Below are positions 35,966-43,096 of a stretch of DNA of 43,096 nucleotides, piece after piece. The stretch is taken from NCBI GenBank assembly GCA_017996315.1, contig JAGOHE010000002.1, positions 1 to 43,096 of the forward strand, given 5' to 3'. The DNA comes from Kiritimatiellia bacterium (lineage in GTDB: Bacteria > Verrucomicrobiota > Kiritimatiellia > PWTM01). The notes beneath the pieces were generated by a model that had not been told where the DNA came from, did not search any database, and saw nothing but the letters and a program-made list of their open reading frames with translations. Both the position numbers and the translations under genes were made by a program. The first letter of the stretch is position 1, and every line of letters begins with the position of its first letter.

Positions 35966-36729
35966 GATCCGCCCCCGGATCGGCGCCATCGGCCGGACGT
36001 TCCCCCCGGCTCCATCCCGCCGGGGTCTGTGGCGCCGTCGTTACGCAGAGAGCGCGAGCCCGATCCGGTGCGACTGCCGCCGGAGCGACCGCTGCCGGAG
36101 CGGCTATCGCGGGAGGAGCCGGAGCTCCGGTCGAAAAATGAGGCGCGGTCTCCGCGGGCGGACCCCTGGGAGGAACGAGGCTGGGAGGTGACGCTCCGGA
36201 CGCGCATGCCCGGCCGCGTCGAGGTCGTGGTGGAGGAGGTTTCGGATGCGCCCCCCGTGTTCCCGGAAGTGTCCGACGAGGCCGCCGCGGGATCGCGCAC
36301 GTTGGAGGATACGGGCGCCTGAAGGTCCCGTTGCAGCGTCAGGGCCTCCTCGTAGGTCTCCTCCCCGCGGTCGGACCAGTACACGCGGGTTCGGACAAGG
36401 AACAATTGGTCCTCCTCGGGACCGAAGTATTCCGCCTCCCGTATCCAGCGATATTCATCGAACGGCTCGTTGAATTCCCCCGATTCCGGCGCGGTATACA
36501 GCTCATACGCGGACTCCACCGGAACCTCGAAATCCACCAGCGCCAGCAGATGCTGCGCATGGGAGTAATGCCGGGCGATACGGGCGACCGATAGCGCCTG
36601 CGCCGCGCCGGTCGTCAGGATCACGATGCCCGTGGCCAGCAGCGTCAGGGCGATGATGGCCTCGATTAGCGTCATGCCCCGGCGGCATCGGCGGGTCCAA
36701 CCGCGGGGAGGTCGTGCGCCCCGCGTCAT
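35962..36729 (-). CDS. gspI: T2SS minor pseudopilin GspI-like with long low-complexity C-terminal tail
   Basis: ATG 36729 overlaps the gspH stop (ATGA). Leader MTRGARPPRGWTRRCRRG|MTLIEAIIALTLLATGIVIL. The GspI-like core is about 135 aa. The remaining 119 aa are S/G/R/T-rich (SSDTSGNTGGASETSSTTTSTR...SGSSRDSRSGSGRSGGSRTGSGSRS). Confidence 0.7.
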   Translation of the reverse strand: MTRGARPPRGWTRRCRRGMTLIEAIIALTLLATGIVILTTGAAQALSVARIARHYSHAQHLLALVDFEVPVESAYELYTAPESGEFNEPFDEYRWIREAEYFGPEEDQLFLVRTRVYWSDRGEETYEEALTLQRDLQAPVSSNVRDPAAASSDTSGNTGGASETSSTTTSTRPGMRVRSVTSQPRSSQGSARGDRASFFDRSSGSSRDSRSGSGRSGGSRTGSGSRSLRNDGATDPGGMEPGGTSGRWRRSGGGS

Positions 36730-37334
36730 TCGATCATCTCCACGCGGCCGGTGATTCCGTTGATGCGTACCGTGATGCCTTCGTCGTTTCGATCGGCCAG
36801 GTCCACTTCGTAGGAATCCGTCATCCCGTTCGGCCGGTAGTCCACCCACTGTTTGCCCGAGCGCTCCTGAAGATCGGAGAGGCCGGAGATGCGCTCGATG
36901 CGCACGGCGGGATCGAAAGACCGCGTCAGTATCGGCTCCACGGTGTAGGTCGGCTCGGGCTCCTCCGCGTTCCCGGCCTCCGGGTTCGAGGAGGAGACCT
37001 CCGGAATTCCGAACGGATCGGACGCATCAGCGGGCGCCGGCGAGGTCCGTTTTACCTGCACGACCCGAAGAATGGGCGACTCGAAATCATAGATGAGCAC
37101 GATCTCCTGCTGATTCAGCACGGCCATGGCCCGCGCATAGCGGTGCGCGGACGCCACGGTGCGCGCCGCGAAGGTGAGACGGGAGCCTTCGATCGCCTGA
37201 CCCAGCTTGGGGAGAGCGAGGGTCAGCATGATCAGCAGGATCGCCACGACCAGCAGGACTTCGATCAGCGTGAAGCCGGCGTGGCGGCGCCCGGATTCCC
37301 GCCTACTCCGAAGCCCAGTTGGTGATATCGTCAT
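36726..37334 (-). CDS. gspH: T2SS minor pseudopilin GspH-like
   Basis: 202 aa. Leader MTISPTGLRSRRESGRRHAG|FTLIEVLLVVAILLIMLTLALP, then SRLTFAARTVASAHRYARAMAV, which is typical of GspH. The only ATG start overlaps the gspG 3' end by 32 nt. Confidence 0.7.
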   Translation of the reverse strand: MTISPTGLRSRRESGRRHAGFTLIEVLLVVAILLIMLTLALPKLGQAIEGSRLTFAARTVASAHRYARAMAVLNQQEIVLIYDFESPILRVVQVKRTSPAPADASDPFGIPEVSSSNPEAGNAEEPEPTYTVEPILTRSFDPAVRIERISGLSDLQERSGKQWVDYRPNGMTDSYEVDLADRNDEGITVRINGITGRVEMIE

Positions 37335-37743
37335 CGGTGTTTGGTTGCCCGTCGGGGCCGATGGAGGACAGATCGAATCCGCGGCGGTTGTGCTGTCCGG
37401 GAGAGGTGAAGAGGTATTCCTGGTCCCACTGATCCTTGGGCATGCCCTTCTTCAGATACGGACCTTTCCATCGCGTGGAACTGCCCGGCGCGGTGAGGAG
37501 ATCCTGCAAGGAGGAGGGATACTTGCCCATGTGAAGTTCAAACACCTCAACCGCGGTGCTGATGGATTCGATCTGCGCCGCGGTGGCGGTGACGCGCGCT
37601 TCTTCCGACATTCCGCCAAACTGGTTCACGGCGATGGCGGCCAGAATGCCGATGATCGCCACGACCAGTAAAATTTCGACCAAGGTGAAGCCGGCGCGGC
37701 GGCCCCGGCGGCGGTAACGACGATCCGGACGGTGCAGGTTCAT
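37303..37743 (-). CDS. gspG: T2SS major pseudopilin GspG
   Basis: The start is placed at ATG 37743. MNLHRPDRRYRRRGRRAG|FTLVEILLVVAIIGILAAIAV, then TAAQIESISTAVEVFELHMGKYPSSLQDL, GPYLKKGMPKDQWDQEYLF and GPDGQPNTDDDITNW (GspG calcium-site-like C-terminus). Confidence 0.9.
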   Translation of the reverse strand: MNLHRPDRRYRRRGRRAGFTLVEILLVVAIIGILAAIAVNQFGGMSEEARVTATAAQIESISTAVEVFELHMGKYPSSLQDLLTAPGSSTRWKGPYLKKGMPKDQWDQEYLFTSPGQHNRRGFDLSSIGPDGQPNTDDDITNWASE

Positions 37744-37780
37744 GGATTCTCCTTTGGGGGACGCGATGGGATTGCCCATG

Positions 37781-39070
37781 TTACATCCCCGAGCTCATTT
37801 GGAACACCGCCATCAGCATGCTGACGGCCACAAAACCGACCAGCAGCGCGATCAAGAGAATCATGACCGGCTCCAGGACGGTTAGAAACAGACGCATGGC
37901 CCGGTCGCGCTCGTTTTCGTAGCGGCGGGCGATATGGCCGAGCGCGCCGGGGAGATCGCCGCTGCGTTCCCCGACGGCCAGCATGTCGGTCAGAATCCGG
38001 GGGAACATCCGGCCCTGCGCGAGGGGGCCGCTGATGGTGGAGCCATCGGTGACCCGCTCGCGCGCCTCGCGGATTTCGCGCGCCAGGGCCACGTTGCCCA
38101 TGGTGTCCTCGACGATCGTGAGCGCCTGCAGAATCGGCACCCCGTTTTGGAGCAGGGAACCGAGGGTGCGCGCGAACTGGGCAAAGGCGTTGGCGCTGAT
38201 GACCTGGCGGAGAATGGGCAGACGCAACTGCCGGCGGTGCCACCACAGGCGGCCGGGTTCGGTGCGAATCCACCGGACCGTCAATGCCGTCGTCGCCACG
38301 ATGACGATCAGGACAACCAATCCCCGGAGACCGGTCATCCATTTGCTGATGTTCATCAGCAGTTGCGTGGGCGCCGGGAGGGTGCTGCCGAGTTCTTCAA
38401 AGATACTGGCGAACTTGGGGATCACGAAGATGGACATGAAAATCATCATCACCACGCCGAACAGCAGCACGATCGAAGGGTAGGTGATGGCGGTGATGAT
38501 GCGCTCGCGGGTTTCCTGTGCCCGTTCGAAATACTCCGCCAGCCGGACGAGCGTATCGGTCAGCGCGCCCGAAGCCTCGCCCGAACGAATCACGCTGACG
38601 TACAGCGCCGGAAAGGTGCGGGGGTATTCCTGCATGGCCTGCGACAGGCTCTGGCCCTGCACGATGCGGTCCCGCAGGGCAATCACCAGTTCATCCGAAC
38701 GGCTCTTCATCGTGTCGCTGCTGCGGGCGAGGGAATGGAGGGCGTCGCCCAGGGTCATGCCGGAAGCCAGCAGATCCGACAATTCCCGCGTGAACAGCAA
38801 GCGCTCCCGGGCATTCATCCGCGGCGCGCGGCGGCTCTCCGTTCCCAATCCCGAACCCGCGGCCAATGCGTCTCTGGCGCGGGCGGCGGAACCTGCCGAA
38901 CCGCGGGTTGGGGAGGGAGGAGGGGCTCCCGCCTCCGCTTCTTCCAGCGAAATGGGCACGGCGTTCATGCGGGAGATCTGAAGCGTCGCGGAACGCCGGT
39001 CCAGCGCCGAAAGGACACCCTCGATCTTCTCTCCCGTCTGCGTGCGGGCGATGTACCGGAACTGCGGCAT
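37781..39070 (-). CDS. gspF: T2SS inner-membrane platform protein GspF
   Basis: ORF 37781..39097, with the start placed at ATG 39070 (MPQFRYIARTQTGEKIEGVL). Two T2SSF-type repeats (LFTRELSDLLASGMTLGDAL.. and AFAQFARTLGSLLQNGVPILQAL..) and 3 TM helices. Confidence 0.9.
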   Translation of the reverse strand: MPQFRYIARTQTGEKIEGVLSALDRRSATLQISRMNAVPISLEEAEAGAPPPSPTRGSAGSAARARDALAAGSGLGTESRRAPRMNARERLLFTRELSDLLASGMTLGDALHSLARSSDTMKSRSDELVIALRDRIVQGQSLSQAMQEYPRTFPALYVSVIRSGEASGALTDTLVRLAEYFERAQETRERIITAITYPSIVLLFGVVMMIFMSIFVIPKFASIFEELGSTLPAPTQLLMNISKWMTGLRGLVVLIVIVATTALTVRWIRTEPGRLWWHRRQLRLPILRQVISANAFAQFARTLGSLLQNGVPILQALTIVEDTMGNVALAREIREARERVTDGSTISGPLAQGRMFPRILTDMLAVGERSGDLPGALGHIARRYENERDRAMRLFLTVLEPVMILLIALLVGFVAVSMLMAVFQMSSGM

Positions 39071-39074
39071 GGCA

Positions 39075-40823
39075 TCAGGCCTCCGAAAGGGCCTCATCCT
39101 CCTCTGAAACGCGAAGCACTTCCTCGACGGTAGTGGTGCCCGTCAACACCTTGTTCCATCCATCATCCCGGAGCGTACGCATGCCCTGCCGCTGCGCCTC
39201 GGCCTTGATCAGATTGGCGGGCGCCCGTTCGACAATCAGGCTTCGGAGGGCGTCGGTCAGGGGCATGATCTCGTAAATGCCGGTCCGGCCCCGGAACCCC
39301 GTGCCCCGGCATTCCTCGCAGCCGTTGGGCTCATAAATAATTCCATCCTCCAGCCGCTCCATCGGGAACCCCACGCGTTGCAGCGAGGGCCGGTCGATTT
39401 GCAGCGGTTTCCGGCAGGTCGGGCACAGGCGCCGCACCAGGCGTTGCGCCACCAGGCCCTCGACGGAAGAGGCGACCAGAAACGGCTCGATGCCCATGTC
39501 GAGCAATCGCGTCACGGCCCCCGCCGCGTCGTTGGTGTGGAGGGTGCTGAAGACCAAGTGACCGGTCAGCGCGGCTCGGATGGCGATCTCGGCGGTTTCC
39601 TTGTCGCGGATTTCTCCGACCATGATCACATCGGGATCCTGACGGAGGATATGCCGCAACCCGACGGCGAAGGTCAGCCCGATTTCGGGTTTCACGTGAA
39701 TCTGATTCACGCCGGCCATTTCATATTCGATCGGATCCTCAATCGTCAGGATTCGCTTGTCCACCGAGTTGATCGTGTGCAGCCAGGCGTAGAGCGACGT
39801 GGACTTGCCCGATCCGGTCGGCCCGGTCACCAGCAGAATGCCGTGCGGCTTGCGGATCATGACGTTGAGCCGTTCCGTGTCCTGGGCGTTCAGCCCGAGC
39901 TTGTCCATGCCCAGCATGCCGCTGGTGCGCATCAGGAGACGCAGGCTGACACTCTCGCCGTACACGGTCGGCATGGTGGACACGCGCACGTCAATTTCCT
40001 CGCCGCGGATGCGCAGACTGATGCGTCCGTCCTGCGGCAGGCGCTTTTCCGCGATATCCATGCCCGCCATGACCTTGATGCGCGAGATGATAGCCGATTG
40101 AAACCGTTTCAACTGCGGGGGCACCGGCGTCTGGTGCAGCACCCCGTCAATCCGGTATCGGATGCGCAGGTCCAGCTCCTGCGGTTCGAGGTGGATATCC
40201 GTGGATCGGTCCTGGTAGGCCTCCCAGATGATCTGGTTCACGAACTTGACGACCGAGGCTTCCTGATCCAGTTGATCGAGGTCCTCCTTGAGCATCGCCT
40301 CCTCGGTCGCCACCTCGATGCGGTTGTCGGCGATCATCTGTTCGAGCGTTTCGGCGCCCACGCCGTAGAACTGCTTCGCCGCGGCCTCGATGTCCGCGGG
40401 CGGCGCCAGCGCGATCCGGATCATCCGTCCCGTGGCCAACCGGAGCGATTCGGTCAGCCCGGGGGCAAACGGGTCGCAGGTGGCGACGCGGAGGGCGGCG
40501 TCCTCCAACCGCCAGGGCACCACCCGGTACTGGAACACCGCCTTGGCCGGGATGGAGGAGATCAGTTCTTTCGAGAGCAGGGTGTCGGTCAGCCGGACAA
40601 AAGGCACTTTCAACACACGGGCCAGCGCTTCCAGAAGGACGGAGTCCTTCGCCAGCCCGAGATTGGCGGCCACTTCGCACAAGGGTCGTCCCGGAAGTTC
40701 CGCGGAACGCGCGAGCAGCGCGGTAATTTGTTCCGCGGTAAACAACCCGCACTGTCCCAACAACGAAGAAATGCGGCCGGTGGCGATCGATTGGCTCATG
40801 CGTATCAGTGTCGTCTTTCCCAC
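39075..40823 (-). CDS. gspE: T2SS ATPase GspE
   Basis: 582 aa; the alternative start ATG 40799 gives MSQSIATG. N-terminal T2SSE_N-like domain, Walker A GPTGSGKST, Asp box and Walker B DPDVIMVGEIRD, His box TGHLVFSTLHTND, and tetracysteine CPTC...CEEC. Confidence 0.9.
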   Translation of the reverse strand: MGKTTLIRMSQSIATGRISSLLGQCGLFTAEQITALLARSAELPGRPLCEVAANLGLAKDSVLLEALARVLKVPFVRLTDTLLSKELISSIPAKAVFQYRVVPWRLEDAALRVATCDPFAPGLTESLRLATGRMIRIALAPPADIEAAAKQFYGVGAETLEQMIADNRIEVATEEAMLKEDLDQLDQEASVVKFVNQIIWEAYQDRSTDIHLEPQELDLRIRYRIDGVLHQTPVPPQLKRFQSAIISRIKVMAGMDIAEKRLPQDGRISLRIRGEEIDVRVSTMPTVYGESVSLRLLMRTSGMLGMDKLGLNAQDTERLNVMIRKPHGILLVTGPTGSGKSTSLYAWLHTINSVDKRILTIEDPIEYEMAGVNQIHVKPEIGLTFAVGLRHILRQDPDVIMVGEIRDKETAEIAIRAALTGHLVFSTLHTNDAAGAVTRLLDMGIEPFLVASSVEGLVAQRLVRRLCPTCRKPLQIDRPSLQRVGFPMERLEDGIIYEPNGCEECRGTGFRGRTGIYEIMPLTDALRSLIVERAPANLIKAEAQRQGMRTLRDDGWNKVLTGTTTVEEVLRVSEEDEALSEA

Positions 40824-40871
40824 CCCGTCGCGTCAATGCACGAAGAGCGGCTCCCGCATTCAACGGAAACA

Positions 40872-40912
40872 CCGGGGCGGGTATTGTGCCCCCGGGCTCG
40901 TTTTTGCTTTTC
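40872..40912 (+). terminator. terminator-like hairpin plus T tract in the gspE/lptD divergent intergenic region
   Basis: CCGGGGC (40872-78) pairs with GCCCC-C-GG (40888-95, one bulged C) around a 9-nt loop. It is followed after 5 nt by TTTTTGCTTTT, which is unusual in this GC-rich DNA. No plus-strand gene ends upstream of it. Confidence 0.3.
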
Positions 40913-40986
40913 TGGAGCTTGGGCTTGTGACAGGCGCCGGGGGTGTGTTAGCGTGGCGACTGTTCCCGAAAATTCAGGACTCCGCT

Positions 40987-43096
40987 ATGCAAAAAAATGA
41001 TATCAGGCGGTGGTGGGCACTCGCATGGATGCTGACCGGCGGGTGGGCGGTGTGTACCGCGGAAGCGCAGACCCGGGGGACCATGACGGTGACCCCGGCG
41101 ACGCGGGCCGAGGCCGATCAGCCCGTGGATATTCAAGCCGACACCATGGAACAGCGGGGCGTCCTGCTCCTGCTGCGCGACAACGTGCGCATCCGGCAGG
41201 GCGCGCAGCTCCTCACCGCGCGGTATGTCCAATACAATCGGGAAACCGGCGACGCGCACGCCCGGGGCGGGGTGACGTTTCTGCGCGCGGACGGATCACT
41301 CTGGCAGGGCGAGGAATTTACCTACAACTTCAAATCGGGGGTCGGCGACTTCGGCGGGTTCGAGTTCACCTCCGGACCGTATCGGGTCTTCGGATCGGAA
41401 TCCACCACCGAAACCGTGGATATGATCCGCGTGAAGGATGTCATCGTCACCACCTGCAAGGGCGATCCGCCGTGGGAGTTCGAAGTGCACATGAGCGAAG
41501 CCACCTTGCGCGATCGGCGCTATCTGACCGGACACAATGCCGTCATGTACCTCGGACCCGTGCCGGTGATGTGGATCCCCTGGTATCGGCGGGACCTGGA
41601 TTCCAACCGCCGGTGGGATATCATACCGGGCTTCAGTTCCCGGCTGGGCGCGTTCCTGCTTGTGCACTACAACTACCCGCTCTCGGACGACAGCGAGACG
41701 CTGCGCGCCAAGACCGGACTGAATTTCTACAGCCGCCGGGGCGTGGGCCTGCTGCATGATTTCTATTGGAACCAGTCTTCGGGCCCCGGCCAGAGCGCGG
41801 TGGGTTCATGGGAAAACTTCATCATTCAGGACCGGGAAATCTACCGCAGCGATCAGCAGCGCGAGGAACGCGAAGCATTTCTGACGGACGATACCCGCTA
41901 CCGGGTGCGCCTGAAACACACCCAGACCCTGGGCGACCGCCAGTGGTTGTACGCCGACGGCACCTACTTGAGTGATCCGTATGTTAACCTCGATTTCTTC
42001 CGCCGGGATTATCGCCAGCAACCCCAGCCGGAGAACCGGGCGACATTCCAGCACCGCGGCGATGTGTTCAACGCGTCCATCCAGCTCAACGCGCGGTTGA
42101 ATGATTTCTACCACAACGTAGACCGCCTTCCCGAGGGCCGGCTGGGCATTCTGCCCGTGGAGATCGGCGACACCGGCATATTCTACGAGAGCGATTCGAC
42201 CGCATCGTTCCTCCGGCGCCGGTTCCCCTCCAACGCCGATGACGAGGAATACGATTCGACGCGCGTGGACACGTATCACATGCTCACCTATCCGGGACGC
42301 TATTTCGGATTCCTCGGCCTGACGCCTCGTGCGGGCTATCGCGCCACGTTTTATTCCGATTCGCGCGGAGAGGACCTGGTCACCACCAATCTCGTGACCC
42401 GGGTGGACGACCTCGGTCAGTCGTTCGTCACCAACGAAGTCAGCCGCACGGCGGTGTTCCGGGGCGCGGACTCACGGCATCTGCCCGAACTCGGCCTGGA
42501 AGCGAACTTCAAGGCGTTTGGCGTCCTGGATGAGGGTCCGAACCAATGGGGAAGCGGAATCCGGCACGTCATTGAGCCCTATTCCAACTATACCTGGATG
42601 CCGGAGCCCGACCTGCGCCCGCCCAACATCCTGCAGTTCGATTCCATCGACCGGATCGACCGCAATCACAGCTTCGCGTTCGGCTTGCGCAACAAGATCC
42701 AAACCCGACGCCCACAGGATACGTACGTGAATTATGAAAGCTACCAATCGCCCCGGGATATAGAGACTACGTTCGATGCGATGGAAGCGGTCTCCCTCGA
42801 GGAACTCCCCGATGCCGGCCGTTCGATCTCGCACGATCTGGTCCGCACGGACATCAGCACGTTTTACCGGCTCGATACCTATCCGGAACAGGATGACCTG
42901 GGCCCCGTCGTGTTCGATGTGGAGCTCCGGCCCGGCACCGCGGTCCGGTGGCGCACACGCGGCGAGTATGACGTGGATGCCAGCGAGATTTCCCGTCTGG
43001 AAAATCAGTTGTCCCTCCGAGGCGATAACGCCACTACGTTTACCCTCAACCACATCTACCGCCCGGATTCCCGCAATACCGTTGCCGCCTTGCTGG
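40987..43096 (+). CDS. lptD: LPS-assembly outer-membrane protein LptD, N-terminal 703 codons (3' end outside the window)
   Basis: Not in the ORF track because it has no stop in the window. I read the frame from ATG 40987 by hand and it is open to 43096. MQKNDIRRWWALAWMLTGGWAVCTAEA (signal peptide). OstA-like N domain (VDIQADTMEQ...VLLLLRDNVRIRQGAQLLTARYVQYNRETGDAHARGGVTFLRADGSLWQGEEFTYNF). Barrel motifs VPVMWIPWYRRDL and IRHVIEPYSNYTWMPEPDLRPPNILQFDSIDRIDRNHSFAFGLRNKIQTRR. Confidence 0.85.
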   Translation, partial: MQKNDIRRWWALAWMLTGGWAVCTAEAQTRGTMTVTPATRAEADQPVDIQADTMEQRGVLLLLRDNVRIRQGAQLLTARYVQYNRETGDAHARGGVTFLRADGSLWQGEEFTYNFKSGVGDFGGFEFTSGPYRVFGSESTTETVDMIRVKDVIVTTCKGDPPWEFEVHMSEATLRDRRYLTGHNAVMYLGPVPVMWIPWYRRDLDSNRRWDIIPGFSSRLGAFLLVHYNYPLSDDSETLRAKTGLNFYSRRGVGLLHDFYWNQSSGPGQSAVGSWENFIIQDREIYRSDQQREEREAFLTDDTRYRVRLKHTQTLGDRQWLYADGTYLSDPYVNLDFFRRDYRQQPQPENRATFQHRGDVFNASIQLNARLNDFYHNVDRLPEGRLGILPVEIGDTGIFYESDSTASFLRRRFPSNADDEEYDSTRVDTYHMLTYPGRYFGFLGLTPRAGYRATFYSDSRGEDLVTTNLVTRVDDLGQSFVTNEVSRTAVFRGADSRHLPELGLEANFKAFGVLDEGPNQWGSGIRHVIEPYSNYTWMPEPDLRPPNILQFDSIDRIDRNHSFAFGLRNKIQTRRPQDTYVNYESYQSPRDIETTFDAMEAVSLEELPDAGRSISHDLVRTDISTFYRLDTYPEQDDLGPVVFDVELRPGTAVRWRTRGEYDVDASEISRLENQLSLRGDNATTFTLNHIYRPDSRNTVAALL

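Noticed and set aside
36730-36849. N-terminal extension of the GspI-like ORF, and similar extensions at 2312..2506, 35966..35989, 37744..37779 and 39071..39097
   Set aside because: Each internal ATG yields either a canonical prepilin leader or an ATGA/short-gap junction with the upstream gene. The extensions overlap upstream coding sequence.
26377-40823. The idea that the GT-C/TPR gene plus the T2SS operon form a genomic island integrated at tRNA-Arg
   Set aside because: There is no integrase or recombinase. I could find no direct repeat of the tRNA 3' end by eye, and there is no visible GC shift relative to the flanking housekeeping genes.
37934-41000. Plus-strand ORFs 37934..39133 (399 aa) and 39378..41000 (540 aa) opposite gspF and gspE
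   Set aside because: They are antisense to genes with Walker A/B motifs and T2SSF repeats. Their translations are R/G/H/D-rich and low in complexity, which fits a GC artefact.
1-43096. CRISPR arrays, rRNA genes, IS elements or transposases, prophage genes and known defence systems
   Set aside because: None were seen. There are no regularly spaced direct repeats, and no DDE, tyrosine-recombinase or serine-recombinase motifs in any credible frame. All sizeable ORFs are accounted for by the genes listed.

Overview
This is a 43.1-kb chromosomal segment with high GC; hand-counted 60-nt lines are mostly about 65-70% GC. The host is a diderm bacterium, since the window encodes LptD, SurA and two secretins. 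The gene content and pseudopilin style fit the PVC group (Verrucomicrobiota/Kiritimatiellota-like), but that placement is only inference. I can support 40 protein-coding genes and 2 tRNAs (Gly-CCC, Arg-TCT). Two genes are cut by the window edges: cmk at the 5' end and lptD at the 3' end. lptD is absent from the supplied ORF track because it has no stop codon inside the window. Housekeeping blocks (cmk-plsC, ligA, surA-pdxA-rsmA-tatD-pdxH, cysS-tmk-holB, rsmE) alternate with envelope and secretion blocks. The envelope blocks are a pilMNOPQ-like secretin cluster (8.0-12.8 kb), a complete but GspC-less type II secretion operon gspE-F-G-H-I-J-K-L-M-D (29.5-40.8 kb), two glycosyltransferase operons (1.2-4.0 kb and 19.6-22.3 kb), and a polytopic GT-C-like/TPR membrane protein (26.5-29.4 kb). 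I saw no CRISPR array, rRNA, transposase, integrase, toxin-antitoxin pair or recognisable defence gene. Nothing here is unambiguously a new system. The best leads are: (a) the atypical T2SS, which has long Arg-rich prepilin leaders, a GspI-like pseudopilin with a 119-aa Ser/Gly/Arg tail and Ser/Thr/Pro-rich linkers in GspD, and which sits convergent to a TMTC/PMT-like GT-C+TPR protein, suggesting possible periplasmic glycosylation of the machine; (b) a second secretin cluster whose N/O/P-position proteins are very divergent; (c) a CDP-archaeol-synthase-family gene in a bacterium; (d) an orphan AmmeMemoRadiSam-type radical SAM enzyme. The many long ORFs antisense to good genes look like high-GC artefacts. 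All family assignments come from motif recognition by eye, and no searches were run.
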